A stretch of DNA of 64,000 nucleotides from Trichoplax sp. H2 (GCA_003344405.1 NOWV01000124.1:62001-126000); one strand, 5' to 3'. Positions 41,788 to 56,212 are shown, counted from the first letter of the stretch. Notes: a model not told the origin generated them from the sequence alone. Numbers and translations are program-made.

Positions 41788-42708
41788 TTTGAAGTGATGT
41801 TTAGAGGATTTGCTTTTGAAACGCAAATTTTGTAATAAAGCAATAATTATTAAGTTCAAAAACTTCGCCAATAAATTTATTAAAATCTAAAGGTTAAAGA
41901 AATAAGAGCATAAAAATGCCACTCTTAAAGTTGGATTTGCTAAAGAGTTGATTTAAATTACAAGTCTATAACTAAAATTCATATCGATTACTCTTATACA
42001 ACAAATCATCAAATTAAAAAATAATTTAAGAAATTATCTCCTCTTATAATCGTTGATTAAATATTGCAACAAAATAAGAATTTAATAATTTTGCAATAAT
42101 TAGAGCGCAGTATAAAACCGATTGTATAAATAAAATATGCCAACGAAATTTTCCTTTAGTGGCAGTTTCTATAGATTATCAAGGCAAAAACTTTCCTACA
42201 GTTTTCCTTTCATTAAATATGAAGCATAAGATATAGATACCACTCACGCTTTTTCTCTCTAAAATCCTCGATATATGAATTCTGTGAAGATCAAAGTATT
42301 GATGCTATTACAGGATAATTTCAATCAAAATTCTCGAAAGCCAACAGAATTTAAATTTAAATTTCCAGATTGACATTTATCAAGAGAGCAAGCTATACCT
42401 TTGTCTTCTTCAATTTTAATGAAATCCGAAGCAGTAGTCACGTTTCTTTCAATTTTTTAATTAAGAAACATTGATTTTACGATTAATGCGTTGGGTTAAA
42501 ATACCTAAACAAAAAAGTTTACATTCGTCATTATTTCATCAATTTATTTATTATTTAAAAAACGAAAGAAACTCCTATATTCCTGCAGTACTGCGATTTT
42601 TTTTGATAATGGCGCAAGTCACCTTGATTTAATGTTGCTCTAATAGAATAACGCAATTCACTTATCATGAAGCGACTTTTTCTTATATAAATTCTTATCT
42701 TTTAATAA

Positions 42709-43479
42709 TGTTACAATTATCCCATAGCTAATAAATAAATGTTATTAACAATTAATAAAATCTTAATTACTAATTACTAATTACTAAGGCTAATACCACA
42801 ATTAATTGACGGAGTCTATACTCCGTCACACTGGACTACAGTACTGTAAACTGATCTTTTAATAGACTTTAGTTCTTAGCTTTTAATTGAAGAAATGTTC
42901 GTTGTTATGATTGAGATCTCCTGACGATGGGAGATTATTAATGTTTTGAGAAATAATGGAAGTACAGTAGATATCGGAGNNNNNNNNNNNNNNNNNNNNT
43001 TTGTATAGCCGACTGTCTATATGGTTTAGTATGGCAGACGGCGTAAACAACACTAATGAGTTATGAACTAATTAAGGGCCAATTAACAACCAAAGGCTCA
43101 GCACAAAGTAACAGAAATTACTATTGTGTGAATATTACTTATCGCCTCTGTAAATACATTGCTCTGAACAGAGTCTACAACAATTATAGTTAACTAGACT
43201 ACTAATAGTGTTGCAATTATCCCATAGCTAATAAATAAATGTTATTAACAATTAATAAAATCTTAATTACTAATTACTAATTACTAAGGCTAATGCCACA
43301 ATTAATTGACGGAGTCTATACTCCGTCACACTGGACTACAGTACTGTAAACTGATCTTTTAATAGACTTTAGTTCTTAGCTTTTAATTGAAGAAATGTTC
43401 GTTGTTATGATTGAGATCTCCTGACGATGGGAGATTATTAATGTTTTGAGAAATAATGGAAGTACAGTAGATATCGGAG
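42709..43479. repeat. Near-identical 271-bp direct repeat (42709-42979 and 43209-43479) flanking an assembly gap
   Basis: Two visible mismatches; both copies start TGTT; 20 Ns at 42980-42999. Confidence 0.85.
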
Positions 43480-44783
43480 ATAAGACATCTGACTGTACGC
43501 TTACAGGGCTTAATTTCTTCCTAGAAGTCTTCCTTTTCTTCGTTTTAAATTTCAGTTTATAGCAGCCATACAAACTAATGGCAAACTGTCATCAGATTTA
43601 TAATGGAATCAGCTTAAGTAATATTTCTTTTATTGCAGACGGCTTAAAATTTATTATTTTCCAATTGTATCATAGTTGAGTTCATCATTAGAATGAGGGA
43701 AGTTATTATATTGCGTACTTTTATATTTTATTAGTATTTTTCTGCATTTTGATTAATCAGTAATTGCCAAATATCCATTGCTGTGAAAAAGATTTCGCGC
43801 AAGAAAAGGGTAGAAGAGTAGGTAGAATTTGAGCGAATTGCCACTCGCAAATTAACAAAAACAGTTAAGCAGAAAAAATTCTTTACTTTAGACTATTGTT
43901 TGTTATAAAGAGGTAGCTACCGTACAGATACAGATATTGTAAATGAATGTAGGAGGTAATAATGCCTAAGATTGTTGTAACTATTGAGATTTAAGGCTGA
44001 AGTCAGCAATACCTACAGCTATGATCATGGAATAATACGGAGAGTAAGATTATTGGATAAATTGGAGTACTTCATATATCAAAATGGAATACATAATAGC
44101 AAATGAATAGAAGAATTAGCAACAATTTTAAGTCACTCGAATAAAGCTAACAGTCGATATTTGGATGCAGAGTAGAAAACTATATCTAAATCTATCCTAA
44201 AAATGCATACGTATATTTCAGGATAAGCTAAAATTATAAACTCATAGTACAATCGTAATATACTACATCTGGTGTGTAATATTATTAGACTATCAGCGAG
44301 ATTGAGGAGAGAAATGCGTTCCAATAGTAATCCTAGCCTGCATGTTCTCCCCTCTGTAGTTTCGATTGTCACGCTAGACTTTCAATTGTAGCAGGTGTTT
44401 ATTTAAATTAATCATTGCTGAAAGAGAATTATTAATAATCAGTAATAATATCTGTAATGATTCCAGCTAATTGTGCTGTAGTAGGTAGTACAGTAGGTAG
44501 CCAATAGTAATAGCAGGAGACTATTATTCGGTCATTACAATATCATAATCGGGCAAAAAGAGAAAATTAGCTTCATAAAGCTCGATTTGCTCAAATATAA
44601 GCTTAATTCGACTCCGGCTGTTGATTAATCCATTATCTCACAACAAATAACAGTCAATACGTGCTACAAGCTTGACCAACTCAATTACAGCCTTTAATTA
44701 TTAGAATGGGTAATGATTTGTCATTTTTTCAGAAATGACATCGGACATGTGGTTGACCAATGTAAGGTTCCATGATCACCACT

Positions 44784-45320
44784 TGTCAAAACTACCCTTG
44801 CGACACAAGAAAACAACACAGCTCTTATAGTAAACTTTTCTTTAATCCGCAGAACTACTCCGCTAGCCTACGGTATAGAAACTGGAATCTTTGCGAAGTA
44901 CTGGCTCGCTCAATACAATATACCGTATAAAACTATCACAAAATTTAGCCTTAACCTGAATCATTTTTTATTGATCACAGTCCTTCTTATAGACTCTTTC
45001 TGTAGTTACAAACTTATTTACTATGCTATTAACATACTTCAATCACAAACATGTTATTACGATTAAATTATCAAATACGGACATTCGAGGTAATATACAA
45101 TTTCATACGTAAATCTACTTCGACTGTAAGCCCTGTCAAGCTCCTATATTCTTGATACTTACTTGTAACATATCACTATATCATCATAATATCATTATAA
45201 CTTAGGTTATTACTAACAATATCATTTCCTAAAGTAGTAGTTCATAATTCTAAAAAGTTCAAAACAAAATGTTATTATAAACTATACACCCATATTTAAG
45301 TTATTTCGATGACTGTGACA
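44784..45320 (-). mobile_element. Solo LTR-like element
   Basis: TGTCA...TGTGACA ends; perfect TSD CCACT; minus-strand TATA and AATAAA. Confidence 0.75.
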
Positions 45321-46056
45321 CCACTTCAATGTAATTAAAAAGGTGTAATGATCTACGCGAAAGACAAATCAAGATTTGCAACGAGGAAAATTGATACTAT
45401 GAGTTTATCATTAACTTTTCTTTCTGCCGATTTCTACTAGCAGCATGGCTTTAAATTCTACAATTTTGTCTTGGTCAGGATATCAAAGTAAACTATTAGT
45501 CACTCTTAAACAAAAAATGAAGCCAAACTATGCTGAAAAGTCAGCCAGCTTGCAGTGAATCTCTCTATATATTAATTTATCAGATCATAGATAATATTGC
45601 AATTACTCATCTATTAATTAATAAATATAAACGGTCGTAGACAAATAATTACTACATATTTCCTTAATCAGTTACCCTATAAAGCTATGCTACGGCTGAT
45701 TTGCAAAGCTAATTTGAAGCAAGGTTCTGCGAGAATATCTACTTAATGAAAAAATGAGCTTAGTTTCAAAGTAGATGATACTGTAATTCGCTAAAAACGA
45801 TAGTGCATTTGAAGGATAAAATTCTATTCCATGAGTATAACCTCAACGAAACTTATGATGCTACCGTACTTGACTTAAGTTGCACATGAAACATATACAT
45901 AATTTCTTTAAAAGGATTTTAGGTCAATTGTAGTTTCAAATTAATGGCAAGTTATTTCGATAAATCAAATGTTATAACCAAAATTTTATTAAATTATATT
46001 ATTGGGAGCTAAGATTATCCTGATATCAAAATGATGTCAATCTGCTGAATTCAACC

Positions 46057-46910
46057 TCATCTTCTCGTTATTCTACTAACACTTTCAATTTTTTTATGAA
46101 ATCCGCTACGAATAATTACTCGGAAGTACTTGAGTATTTCATGAAACCTTATACGAATATTTCCATCAAATTTTAAGTACAGAAATGGACTAATAACAGT
46201 AATATTACTCGTCATGGATACAGATAATAAGCTTAAAGTAAATAATGCTAGATTTTCTCTTTGTATTTGTGTTAAATTTTTCCCTGCTATACCCTTTGCA
46301 AGCATAAGTACGTAGTAAGGAAATGTCGCCAACTCATAACATAATGAGATACTAATCAGTGATTTGATCAGCTTCTATTTATTTGTCAGTTCATGTTGCA
46401 GTTGTTGTGATTGTTGCGATTGTTGCCCAGGTCGTATACAATTTCGTTGAAATATTACTATGAGCCAATAAGTGATGATAATAACTGTCGACGGTAACAC
46501 TTAAAAGATAACTGATACAAATACTAAATGAAATGAAATTGATGTTGTTATGTTAGGATAATAACATATGAAGCGATTGCCAGATTCTACTTCAGAAAAT
46601 ACCAAATCAGGAATTACTACAGCTGCAGATATTATCCAGATGAGTACTTCAAAAATGATTATAATTTTGCTTTTATAAGTTTGATAAAAATAATTAAACG
46701 GTTTAACGAAAGCAAAATATCGATCGATGCCAATTAAGCATAAATTCATAATTGATATGCCGTAAGAAGCATAAACAACAGATCCAGATATTTGTCATAT
46801 CATCTCCATAACTTCCAACTGGTTGATGTTAGTACTTAGTAGCAAATAATTGGAAATCAGCGAAGATATGTTTGATACACCATCAGAGGCAACGCAAATT
46901 AGCATTAAAT
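46057..46910 (-). pseudogene. 5'-truncated GPCR pseudogene (paralog 8)
   Basis: Homology runs from TM2 to the C-terminus (GIDRY, CYYPN, SPFLYLKFDGNIR); stops at ~46501 and ~46375 plus frameshifts; N-terminus and TM1 are missing. Confidence 0.9.
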
Positions 46911-47438
46911 ATACCATTAGCTTTTATGGTGATAAATACAGCCTACTGAAATTAGTAGTTTAATTGGGGAATCGGGAATAATCTTCTTACAATTCAAATC
47001 ACTGTGATTGCTATTTACTTATGGTAGATTGTAGATTATCGTAGAATGTTCGATGATAGAACGTATTGTAATGTGACAATTTTGTTTTAGGGTTAGGGCT
47101 AGTCATTCGATGTCTATGTTCGTAAATACTGTTGTCTTCATTAGGTAGCAATAGATAAAGTTAGCTTTTGATTCAATATCAGGTTTCAACGTTAATATTA
47201 CTAGCTAGGATGTCTTTGCTACTGTAAAAGAGTATATAAATGCGATAAATTGTATAACAAAGTTAGTTCTTATGATAAATGTTTAACGTAAGACACGATT
47301 CTTCTAAGTCTTTTTTTAATCTACTGGTATAGGAAAATAGTTCCTGAAAGAGTAGATATTGCTCCCTGATACGTGGTTCAGGGAATCGACTGATTAATCG
47401 TGCATTACGTTATCTTGCGGCAAAGCTGTTTTGTAACA
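46905..47438 (+). mobile_element. Family A copy 3, left-truncated
   Basis: Matches 12595-13122; ends TTACGTTATCTTGCGGCAAAGCTGTTTTGTAACA. Confidence 0.8.
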
Positions 47439-49939
47439 ATAATTTAATAAGAAATTACGCTATAATTAGAAATTAATTAAGTACCTTATTGAATTACATT
47501 TAAATTTAGATAAAACAAATTAGCAAACTGATAGCTGCACTAAAGCCATCACAAGCAGTTTAGATTTTATACAATTTTAATGAATGAAGTATCTAAGGAT
47601 AAAACTGGATATTAATTTAAAACTGATGCAATTCAATGCTTGCTTCTCTGTGAATTTCATCATTCTGTATTAAGAAGCAGTGTTAAAGACTACTAGCTAA
47701 CAAGTTTACTAGTCTAACGTAAAGTACTTCCTATGAGTTAGTTCTACAGATTACTACCCTAATCTGAAGCAATGTCTATTAAGAATAGAGTAACGCTGCT
47801 GTAACTTCCAAGGATCACTCTTCTACAGTGCTATTAATCAACAGACACACTGTCCTGTAATGTAATTGAAAACAACTTTTTTTATTGAACTCACTACTTA
47901 CAATTCCACCGATATCTGCTTATTTAAGATCTACGCTACTATAACATACTAAAATTTCAACGGTAAACTAGGTCATTACTAGAAATTCAAAATTCGACGA
48001 AAAATAACTATCAAACAATTTTAAAATGGCCTTTATTCAAAGCATTTATTCAATTATCGTAATTAGTATATTAATTATTTTGTAGCTTTCTGCAGATATA
48101 TGATCATATACATTTAATGGCCATTATTTAAATTACTTTATTTTACATCAGCATTGCAGCTGTCTAAACTTTCTTTCAAGTACGAGTAATAAGCTTCAAT
48201 TATCAAGGAAATAGTATTATGAAAGATTAAAAGAAATATAAAGGATACACCAATTAATTTTATAAATATATGCGATTTCTTAGTAAAAAATGCGATACTT
48301 AAGAATTAAAAGTAATCAGAAAAACGAAATTTAGCTTAAAATTAAATTATTGTCTAGTTTTATCTATAGATGAAAATTAAATTTTAGTAAGTTTATCGAT
48401 GAGGGATTTCGTAATGTATGGCTGCCAATTATTTATCGCAATAGATTAGAGTTTATATAATTTATCATTGGTATCTATGCTATCATTAACGTAGAGACAC
48501 AAGATCTCACCATAAAATATTTCTTAATTAAGATTGATATAACTTCGTTGAAAATATAGCCCCAAATATAGCTAAGATTAAGATTGCAAGATTGCTCGAG
48601 AGTAGTTAAACTTGTTTGTTAAACTGTAAGATTTTGTAAGTTTCTATGTAGAGATAATTACGGTACGTATTGTAGCAATTCTACAGAGATGGTTATATCA
48701 AGATTTTGAAATATGTATAGCTTGCGCTAAATATGTTAGTACTACAGGATTTATATTATATAATAAACGTTTGCGACTAATTTTATGTTAATAATTTAGA
48801 TATTCTAATTGCAGCTATATTGTTCTTGGTAGTTGTAAAACAACCTAATTTATGTGATGAAGTGACAATCACAAGAAAATATATTTCTTATTTTATCATT
48901 ATTTTAAAGATAATTATCGTAAGAATATAACTTAGACTTAAAGCTATGGCAGAGAATAGTCTTCTTAATAGAGAAAAATGCGAAGGATTAGATATCTTGA
49001 TGTTGCTTTTAAATTGATGTGATTTAGTAATATATGATCAAAGTTTCTAATTGAACTATCTAATACGTTGTAACGATATCCGATTGAATTAGGTAACAAT
49101 GCTAAATGCCGATCAGAATCTGATAGTATTTTAAAGTTGCTAAACAATTGCTGTAGATATTTCCATTACAATTAACTTGTATTGCGAAATTTAGGATCCA
49201 ATGTTCTCTATAAATAACCATGATATTTTTATATAAATAGCAGACAACTTGATAATCAAAATGATTACATGTTAAGTGCTAAGCTTGTTTGGTTGAACAA
49301 TACTAATATATAAAGAGAATTCTAATGAATATTCATTTCAGCCTACTGTATAATTTATCCTGACTATCACTGTGTAATAATAAGATGGTTACCGTGCAAG
49401 ATGTTGTGAAGTAACATAAGAAGCATTAACCTTCCGATTATTTCAACTATCGAGATCTAACACGAAAGTCTGCATTATTTACGCTATAGCGATAGAACAC
49501 ATTGAGAAAGTAAGATTATCGGGTTGCAGTGCTTTATATATCATAATAAAATATGTAATAGTTAAGTGTGGCCCAAAAGAAGGCACTAAGCTTTATCTAG
49601 TAAATGGTAAAGTTATGAAGTATCCATTATTAATATGTAGATGTTAAGGAATAATTTTATTTTCAATTTTAATATTTAAAGCATGGATAAGATTTCTTTC
49701 CCGATGATATCATATTATAATAACGCAAAGTGAAAACAAGATTGTTAATAAAAGCTACTGAGCAATTATAACCAGAAGCCTGCTCTAGCTAATTTTACTT
49801 AAAGCAATTAAGTAATTTATTAAAACGACTCCAGTTCTCATTTTTGTGCAATAACTTAAGTACAATTAGATGATATTCCTCTGGTGGTTATAACTACCGC
49901 ATAGCTAACAATAATTAAAAGACAATTACAATATAATAC

Positions 49940-50196
49940 TGTCACGGTGCCACTACACCGTGTATGATACAGTAGAAATTAAGTATTTGTGTCTTGATAG
50001 ATTTCTACCTATATAAGTTAGGTCGACTAAACTTTTATGATTTGACTTGTAACTACGAATATTGCTCGTTAGTAGATGATTTCTCAAGTCTTTTACGAGT
50101 ACATCGTGTTGTTCAAATTAATTGAAATAAAGTAAAAGTAGCTCGACGTTGTGAAGTTTATCTGTGTAATTACAGTCTAGAAGGGAAGTTATTACA
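49940..50196 (+). mobile_element. Probable short solo LTR-like element
   Basis: Starts TGTCACGGT like 55151; TATA ~50010; AATAAA ~50126; possible end TTATTACA; no clean TSD. Confidence 0.35.
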
Positions 50197-50341
50197 ACAT
50201 TATATCAATTGTACTGAGTAGCTTAAAATTAACATCAAAGTTTACCGATAAATCAACTAATTAAAACTAAATTTAATTCTATAGAGACCTAAACCTAGCA
50301 ACCAGAAGGATCTTTCATTAATAGGACCAACTTTTAATTAT

Positions 50342-51295
50342 TCATCTTTCACCCCCGTGTGGATGTTTAAGTATTTTATGAAGCCTTTTTCGAATATTCC
50401 CATCAAATTTTAAATATAGGAAAGGATTAATAATGTTAATATTATTTGCCATGGATGCTGCAAGTATGCTCAGCACAAAGATGGCTGGACTAATCCCTTG
50501 TATCTGAGTTAAATTTTTTCCAGTTATACCCATTGCTAATAAAATAAGAAAGTAGGGAAATGTAGCTATTACATAACACGTAGAGATGCAGATTAGGGAT
50601 TTGGTTAGTTTCTGTTTATTTTGTAAATCACGTTGTAATCGTTGCTTTTGTAGGCTAGGTCGTATGTAATTTCGTTGAAATATTATAATTTGCCAATAAA
50701 CGATGAGAATAATCATCGACGGCAATATGTAGAAGACAAATGAAAAAGATACCAAGTACGCTGAAGTTGATAATGTCATATTAAGATAATCGCAAAAGAA
50801 TCGACCATAATAATCTCTTCCAGGTTGTAGAAGCCAAAAATTCGGTATGACTACAATTACGGCTATTATCCAAATGAGTAATTCGATGATAATGATTATC
50901 TGCCGTTTATATATTTTATAAAACATATTAAGAGGGTTAACGAGAGCAAAATATCGATCAATACCAATTAAGCATAAATTCATAATGGATATTCCGTAGG
51001 AAATATAAAAAACTGAAGCATGCAAATGGCATACTTTGACTGCATTATGTAACTGATTTATTTTACTATTTAAAAATAAATTAGTAGAGATAACGGAAGA
51101 AATACTCGATGCAACATCAGAAAGAATACAAATTATCATTAAATAATAAGTTGTTTTACGAAAAAATTTATCGGAGACAAAGACACACAACAGTAAAATG
51201 TTAGCTGCCACGCTAATAATGGATACAGTGTGGATAGCAATAGTAAAGTATGTATAGATCTGCACAACATTATTGGTCGTATTAGATGCAGACAT
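50342..51295 (-). CDS. Orphan class A GPCR, 317 aa (paralog 9)
   Basis: Intact ORF; GIDRY, CDYLN, NPFLYLKFDGNIR. Confidence 0.93.
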   Translation of the reverse strand: MSASNTTNNVVQIYTYFTIAIHTVSIISVAANILLLCVFVSDKFFRKTTYYLMIICILSDVASSISSVISTNLFLNSKINQLHNAVKVCHLHASVFYISYGISIMNLCLIGIDRYFALVNPLNMFYKIYKRQIIIIIELLIWIIAVIVVIPNFWLLQPGRDYYGRFFCDYLNMTLSTSAYLVSFSFVFYILPSMIILIVYWQIIIFQRNYIRPSLQKQRLQRDLQNKQKLTKSLICISTCYVIATFPYFLILLAMGITGKNLTQIQGISPAIFVLSILAASMANNINIINPFLYLKFDGNIRKRLHKILKHPHGGER

Positions 51296-53356
51296 GCTTA
51301 GGTGCTGTTCGATGAGGGCACTTACAGAGCTTTAGTTTTGATGATATATAACAATCAAAACTAAGGAGGACGTAAATACAGTCTCGATTAATCGGTAAAT
51401 TTTGAAAATTAGATCAGTTTTAAAATTTTTAAATATGTATGTAACAATTTCTATAAAGCATCTAGAAATTTTATTAATGGTCCATTAATCGATATTGGTT
51501 TTCGAAAAGTAGCTGATGTAAACTCTGCTCTTTGATTTGATGATACGCTAATTTATCCAAGCGATTGGTTTTTTAACAGATTTGTGTCTATTATGTTTCA
51601 TGTTTGAAAATTAAGCGCAAAGCCAGTTCTCCATTTAGTATATTATCGCATTACAACCTGTGTTTCGTTAACGCTCTTTATCTTACGATTTATTTTTTAT
51701 CATATATCGAATTAGTCTTCAACAAACTGTTGAATTACACGTTGATATAGTACACCAAAAGAAATTTATTCGCTAAGTGATCATTTTTAGGATTTATCTG
51801 CGCAATAAGGAATTAAAACCAATTAAGACTCATAATAATCAGAAGACTAGCTGAATATATGATATAAACTTGTGTTGCATACAGATCAGAAAGCAAATGT
51901 TGTAAGGATCTGCAATTAAATTAACATGCTAATTCTAAATCTCGAACGTAAACGACATTTCATCACCTCTAGTCTAGCCAATCATTATCAATTTAACTTA
52001 TTTGCTTTCGCGATAAAATACCTTCTTAAATGAAATTCAGGACTTAATTACCAAAGTACAGACTCAGCTGAGGAACAGCTTGGCATCAACAACCTATAAA
52101 TAACATACTCATCCTTTATTATCTCTAAAATAGGGATATATCGAGGTGAGCAAAGGAAAGTTAAACCAAAAATTTTAAAAAGTAAACGTAAGAAAATAAC
52201 CCTGCCTGGCAATATAACTATATTAATATTGTTTTATGTAGACAACGATAGTTTTTAACTGAATGAAATTGTTTTTAATTCGAACAACGAAACCAGTTTT
52301 ACGAATAATAACTGGTATACTAGCATACTTGTCACAAATTATAATTTTTATGATATAATAACCATATTAAATCGCTTCAACGGGGTTATATTTTCAAGAG
52401 AAAAAATCTCACCATTTACTATTGCTACATTACTACGTATTGATCCTACAAAACAGCCAAAAATTATTTATTGATAATTATAAATCACCAAGTTATAAAG
52501 CACAATTATGATAGTGAATGAACCAAGAATTGGCAAAATCAAATGAGGTCGCAGTGAATATTTATGCGGTATTCTTATCAATTAAAGTCAGTAGCGATGC
52601 TATTTTTAATCAATAACGATCTGTAATATTGGCATGGCAAATTAATTTAATGCTAAATACGGTAAGTAAGTAGCATATTAAAGTACATGTATACCTTGAA
52701 TTACAGACAACGACGAAAAGTTTTACAATGGTCTTTGAGTAAGAGCCAACTGCGATATAAGAATTAATGTTAAAAGTTCTGCTTAAAATAGCCTCAGGAA
52801 GCTAGAAAGCAGTATAGGAAGAACAATGAAATTCTGTTATCAGTTGATTTTATAAATAGAAATTTATTTCAAAGCTGATTACCTCTTAATACGTATTAAA
52901 TTCTATGCAAATTACCTTATACTATTCTCATCATTTGTATTGGTGGTGTATTCGTCAATGGTACAAATAAAAATTTTTACCTGCACACGTGTTCCAGCTG
53001 TCGCAATCTTAATTGCATTTAATAAGTGCATGCTACAAATAAAACGGGAATGCAGAATAATATACTAATTTACACCCAGATTTGACAGACGCGTAAATAA
53101 TATTTTCACTCAAAAATAGCCAGCCAAATTAATCATAGAAATAATCACTGGTGCGTACTACTTTCAGCTCAGCTTTCTATCATAATATCGATCATGATAG
53201 AAAACTTCAATCTAACACTAAAATATATAAACAAATCAACTGTTTGAGATGAAGCTTCTGTACCTAGATGAGAATCGTGTGCCTAGAGTGTACGAGTATT
53301 TCATTTCAGTCAGTGACTGTCAATTATTTAACTTTCTTTTTGCTCTATTAAATTTA

Positions 53357-54655
53357 TTATTCAATGGTTTTATTAAATCTTATAGGAATACTTCCATCAA
53401 ATTTCAAGTATAGAAATGGATTAATAACTGTTGTATTACTGATCATAGACGTTGCAAGTATGATCAGCACAAGTACCGTTAGACCATTAGTTTGCAATTA
53501 TTTCAGGTTTTTTCCTGTTTCACTCATCGCAAATATAAGTACAAAGTTGGGAAATGTCACAAATGTAAAACATGCTAAGATGTTGATCAAGAATTTGATT
53601 AATTTTTGTTTTCTTGCTATATCACGTTGAAACGATTGCATCCGTAGCCCAGGTGTTATATAATGGCGTTAGAAAATTATAATTTGTAAATAAAGGATGA
53701 CGATGACCGCCGATAGCAGATTATTGAAAACAACATGATTCTAAATAAACTGAAATTGATACTGTTCTGTTACATTAGGATAATTACATATCAGTTGATC
53801 AAAAGTGTCTTTTCAAGCTTGCATAAACACTAACTCAGGTATAGCCATAACTACTGATATTGACCAAATGAGTAGTTCGATAATTATGATAATCAACCAC
53901 TTAGACCTTTCATAAAACATATTAAAAGATTTAACGAACGCAAAATATCCGTCGATAATAGTTAAGCATAGGCTCATAAATGATACTCCATAAGATGTGT
54001 AAACAAATATTCCAAATATTCGATACGCAGTCAACAAACCTTTTGTCTGACTGATATTGCTGTCTAGGAGCAAATTAGTGAAAATACATGAAGAAATATT
54101 CGACAAGACTTTGGAAGTAATACAAACTAGCATTAAAATATTACGTTGTTTCACGAAATATTTATCTGATATAAAGATATATAGTTGTACATTATTGGCT
54201 ATCAAATCAATATTACATATAGAACTGATAGCAATAGAAAAGTAAAGGTAGACTTGAAAATCACTGGTCGCATAGGTGTCACAAACTTATGTTGCGAACT
54301 ACTACCCTAAACTAATAGATTACTTATGCCTTGTTCCACTACACCTGGAGATCTACTGTATGGTAGTTCTTTACTACTTTCGGTTACACAGGGATAAGAC
54401 TGTTCTAAAAGATTGGTATAGTTTTTATTGTAGCGGGTGCTAACGTGTCGCCATTATTAATATCTACTGTATATAGGCTCTACTAATTAATTTCAAATAC
54501 AATTATGCCTTTTGTCGTCTAGATTGCGCAATCTAGACATTAATATTCTCAATTTCAATTATCGCTTACCAATATGATTCATTAGCTAAATACTAGCAAA
54601 ATCTATTTAATTAGCAAGTACGGTGCTTTGCTACGTAACAATAGGATATTAGCAT
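53357..54655 (-). pseudogene. GPCR pseudogene (paralog 10), interrupted by an LTR-like insertion
   Basis: Removing 54277-54640 plus one TSD restores MLISYATSDFQVYLYFSIAISSICNIDLIANN; DRY>DGY; several stops and frameshifts; NPFLYLKFDG retained. Confidence 0.88.
54277..54640 (-). mobile_element. Solo LTR-like element inside a GPCR CDS
   Basis: TGTCAC...GTAACA ends; perfect TSD ATAGG. Confidence 0.85.
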
Positions 54656-55148
54656 ATTGAAATATGGAGATGATAATGTTTCTTTTTTTTAATTTTGATC
54701 TCAATGCTATAATAGTTCTGAATTTAAGACCGAGGAGTGTCAACAAGCACTAGATGAGAATTGGTAGTTCAGTTAGTGTTTTGCAATTCAGAAAAATTAG
54801 CTATTTTCTTTATGCTATTATAAGCAGCTTTAGCATACGATTTGATGGGCGTGAGTATAATTTATAATAGTTCATAAAATATAATGATAATTATGACTTA
54901 GCGTTCGATATTAAATGTGAGCCTAACATTACCTGAAAGCAGAAATACTAGGATGTTTGAGTCTTAAAATTTTTGCTCAAGCTAATATTTTCGATTGTTA
55001 TATAGGTGCTGCATAAGTAGATACAATTAAAAAAATGGATACACAAATCGTACGAAATATAAATGAATTGATTAGCTACATATTATCAATACCGGCTGAA
55101 CTAGAATAATAATCAAATTAATTTTCTCAAATCAAATTGCGATATTAG

Positions 55149-56212
55149 TGTGTCACGGTACGCCGTTACTAATTAAGTAACTGTTGATTAATGAATGCTT
55201 ATGAATAGATAAGATAAGGTTATGTGCTATGTTTAATGCGCTCGTAGCTGATAATAGGATGGTAGAAATGAGATAGAAATAGAAGTTGTTAGCAGTTAAT
55301 TTACTGTAGGTTTATAAGGTGTGTTAATCTCTAAAAATTGAGCCGTATATGGACGAAGGTTAAGCGTCTGAACACCTGATAGCTTGTAGCTATCTAAGTC
55401 TGAGAATATCGACATGCATATTTAGTAATGGTATTATACTAATTAATGTAATTTGTAAAGTATGAATTCTCACTCGTTAATATTGGAATTCACTGTAGAA
55501 ACCTATTTAAGCGCGTGCGTTTGTAGAATAAAGTTAGTAATTGCTCAAGAAACGGCAAGACTCATATCGTGAAGAATAGTGTAATAATTAGTCAGTTGTC
55601 TGTGGAGATCAGCCGAGAAATCGAGTTCTCAAATACTTCTCTCATAGGAACTGAAAGTGCTGGGAGAAATAGCCCAAGTTTTAAGTAACTACACTAGAGT
55701 TCTTTACTTCCCTTTGCCACAAGTGAGGGTTGTGACATGGTGATATATACCGATCAAGAAATTCCAAATTTTAGAAAAATAAGGGCTTCATTGAATCTTA
55801 TACAAATATTAACTACTTACAGCTCTACTCTAGCCGAATACTATCATTAAAGACTTCTAGAACGAATTAACAGAATAATCTAAAGTTGTATGCTTTTATA
55901 ATTTTCGTAGCATTCGCAGCTACAATCCGCATGACAACCTTTTACCTTATTTTAAACATAGTTAAATTAAAAGTACAATGAATTAACTATATCCTAATAT
56001 ATGATTTACGGTTCTATTTTTACCTATAACCTTATTAGTAACTCAACACCTTACTGTATACAGCCATCTGAACTCTAGCATAGAGTCTATATCACTACAG
56101 TCTATAGTTATGGCTACCAAATATCTCTTAGGATAAATATAGAAGGTACGCTACCGTACATTATACTAAACATGGCTAACAGTCTACAATCACAATACTA
56201 AGTTATATTACA
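55149..56212 (-). mobile_element. Family B copy 3 with a nested element at its terminus
   Basis: Perfect TSD ATTAG (55144-55148 / 56213-56217); body 55741-56212 matches 6241-6665. Confidence 0.8.
55151..55737 (+). mobile_element. Solo LTR-like element nested in family B
   Basis: TGTCAC...GTGACA ends; flanks TAGTG/TGGTG; TATTTAA followed by AATAAA at ~55503-55533. Confidence 0.7.

Noticed and set aside
41788-41871. N-terminal extension of paralog 7 (likewise 61858-62040 for paralog 11)
   Set aside because: These are non-ATG starts from the ORF caller; paralog alignment favours the downstream ATG.
43938-44539. Further LTR candidates (also ~47681-48150)
   Set aside because: LTR-like composition, but ends and TSDs could not be fixed.
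55738-55750. TGG after an LTR end as a PBS
   Set aside because: Explained by the TSD plus the start of family B; no tRNA match recognised.
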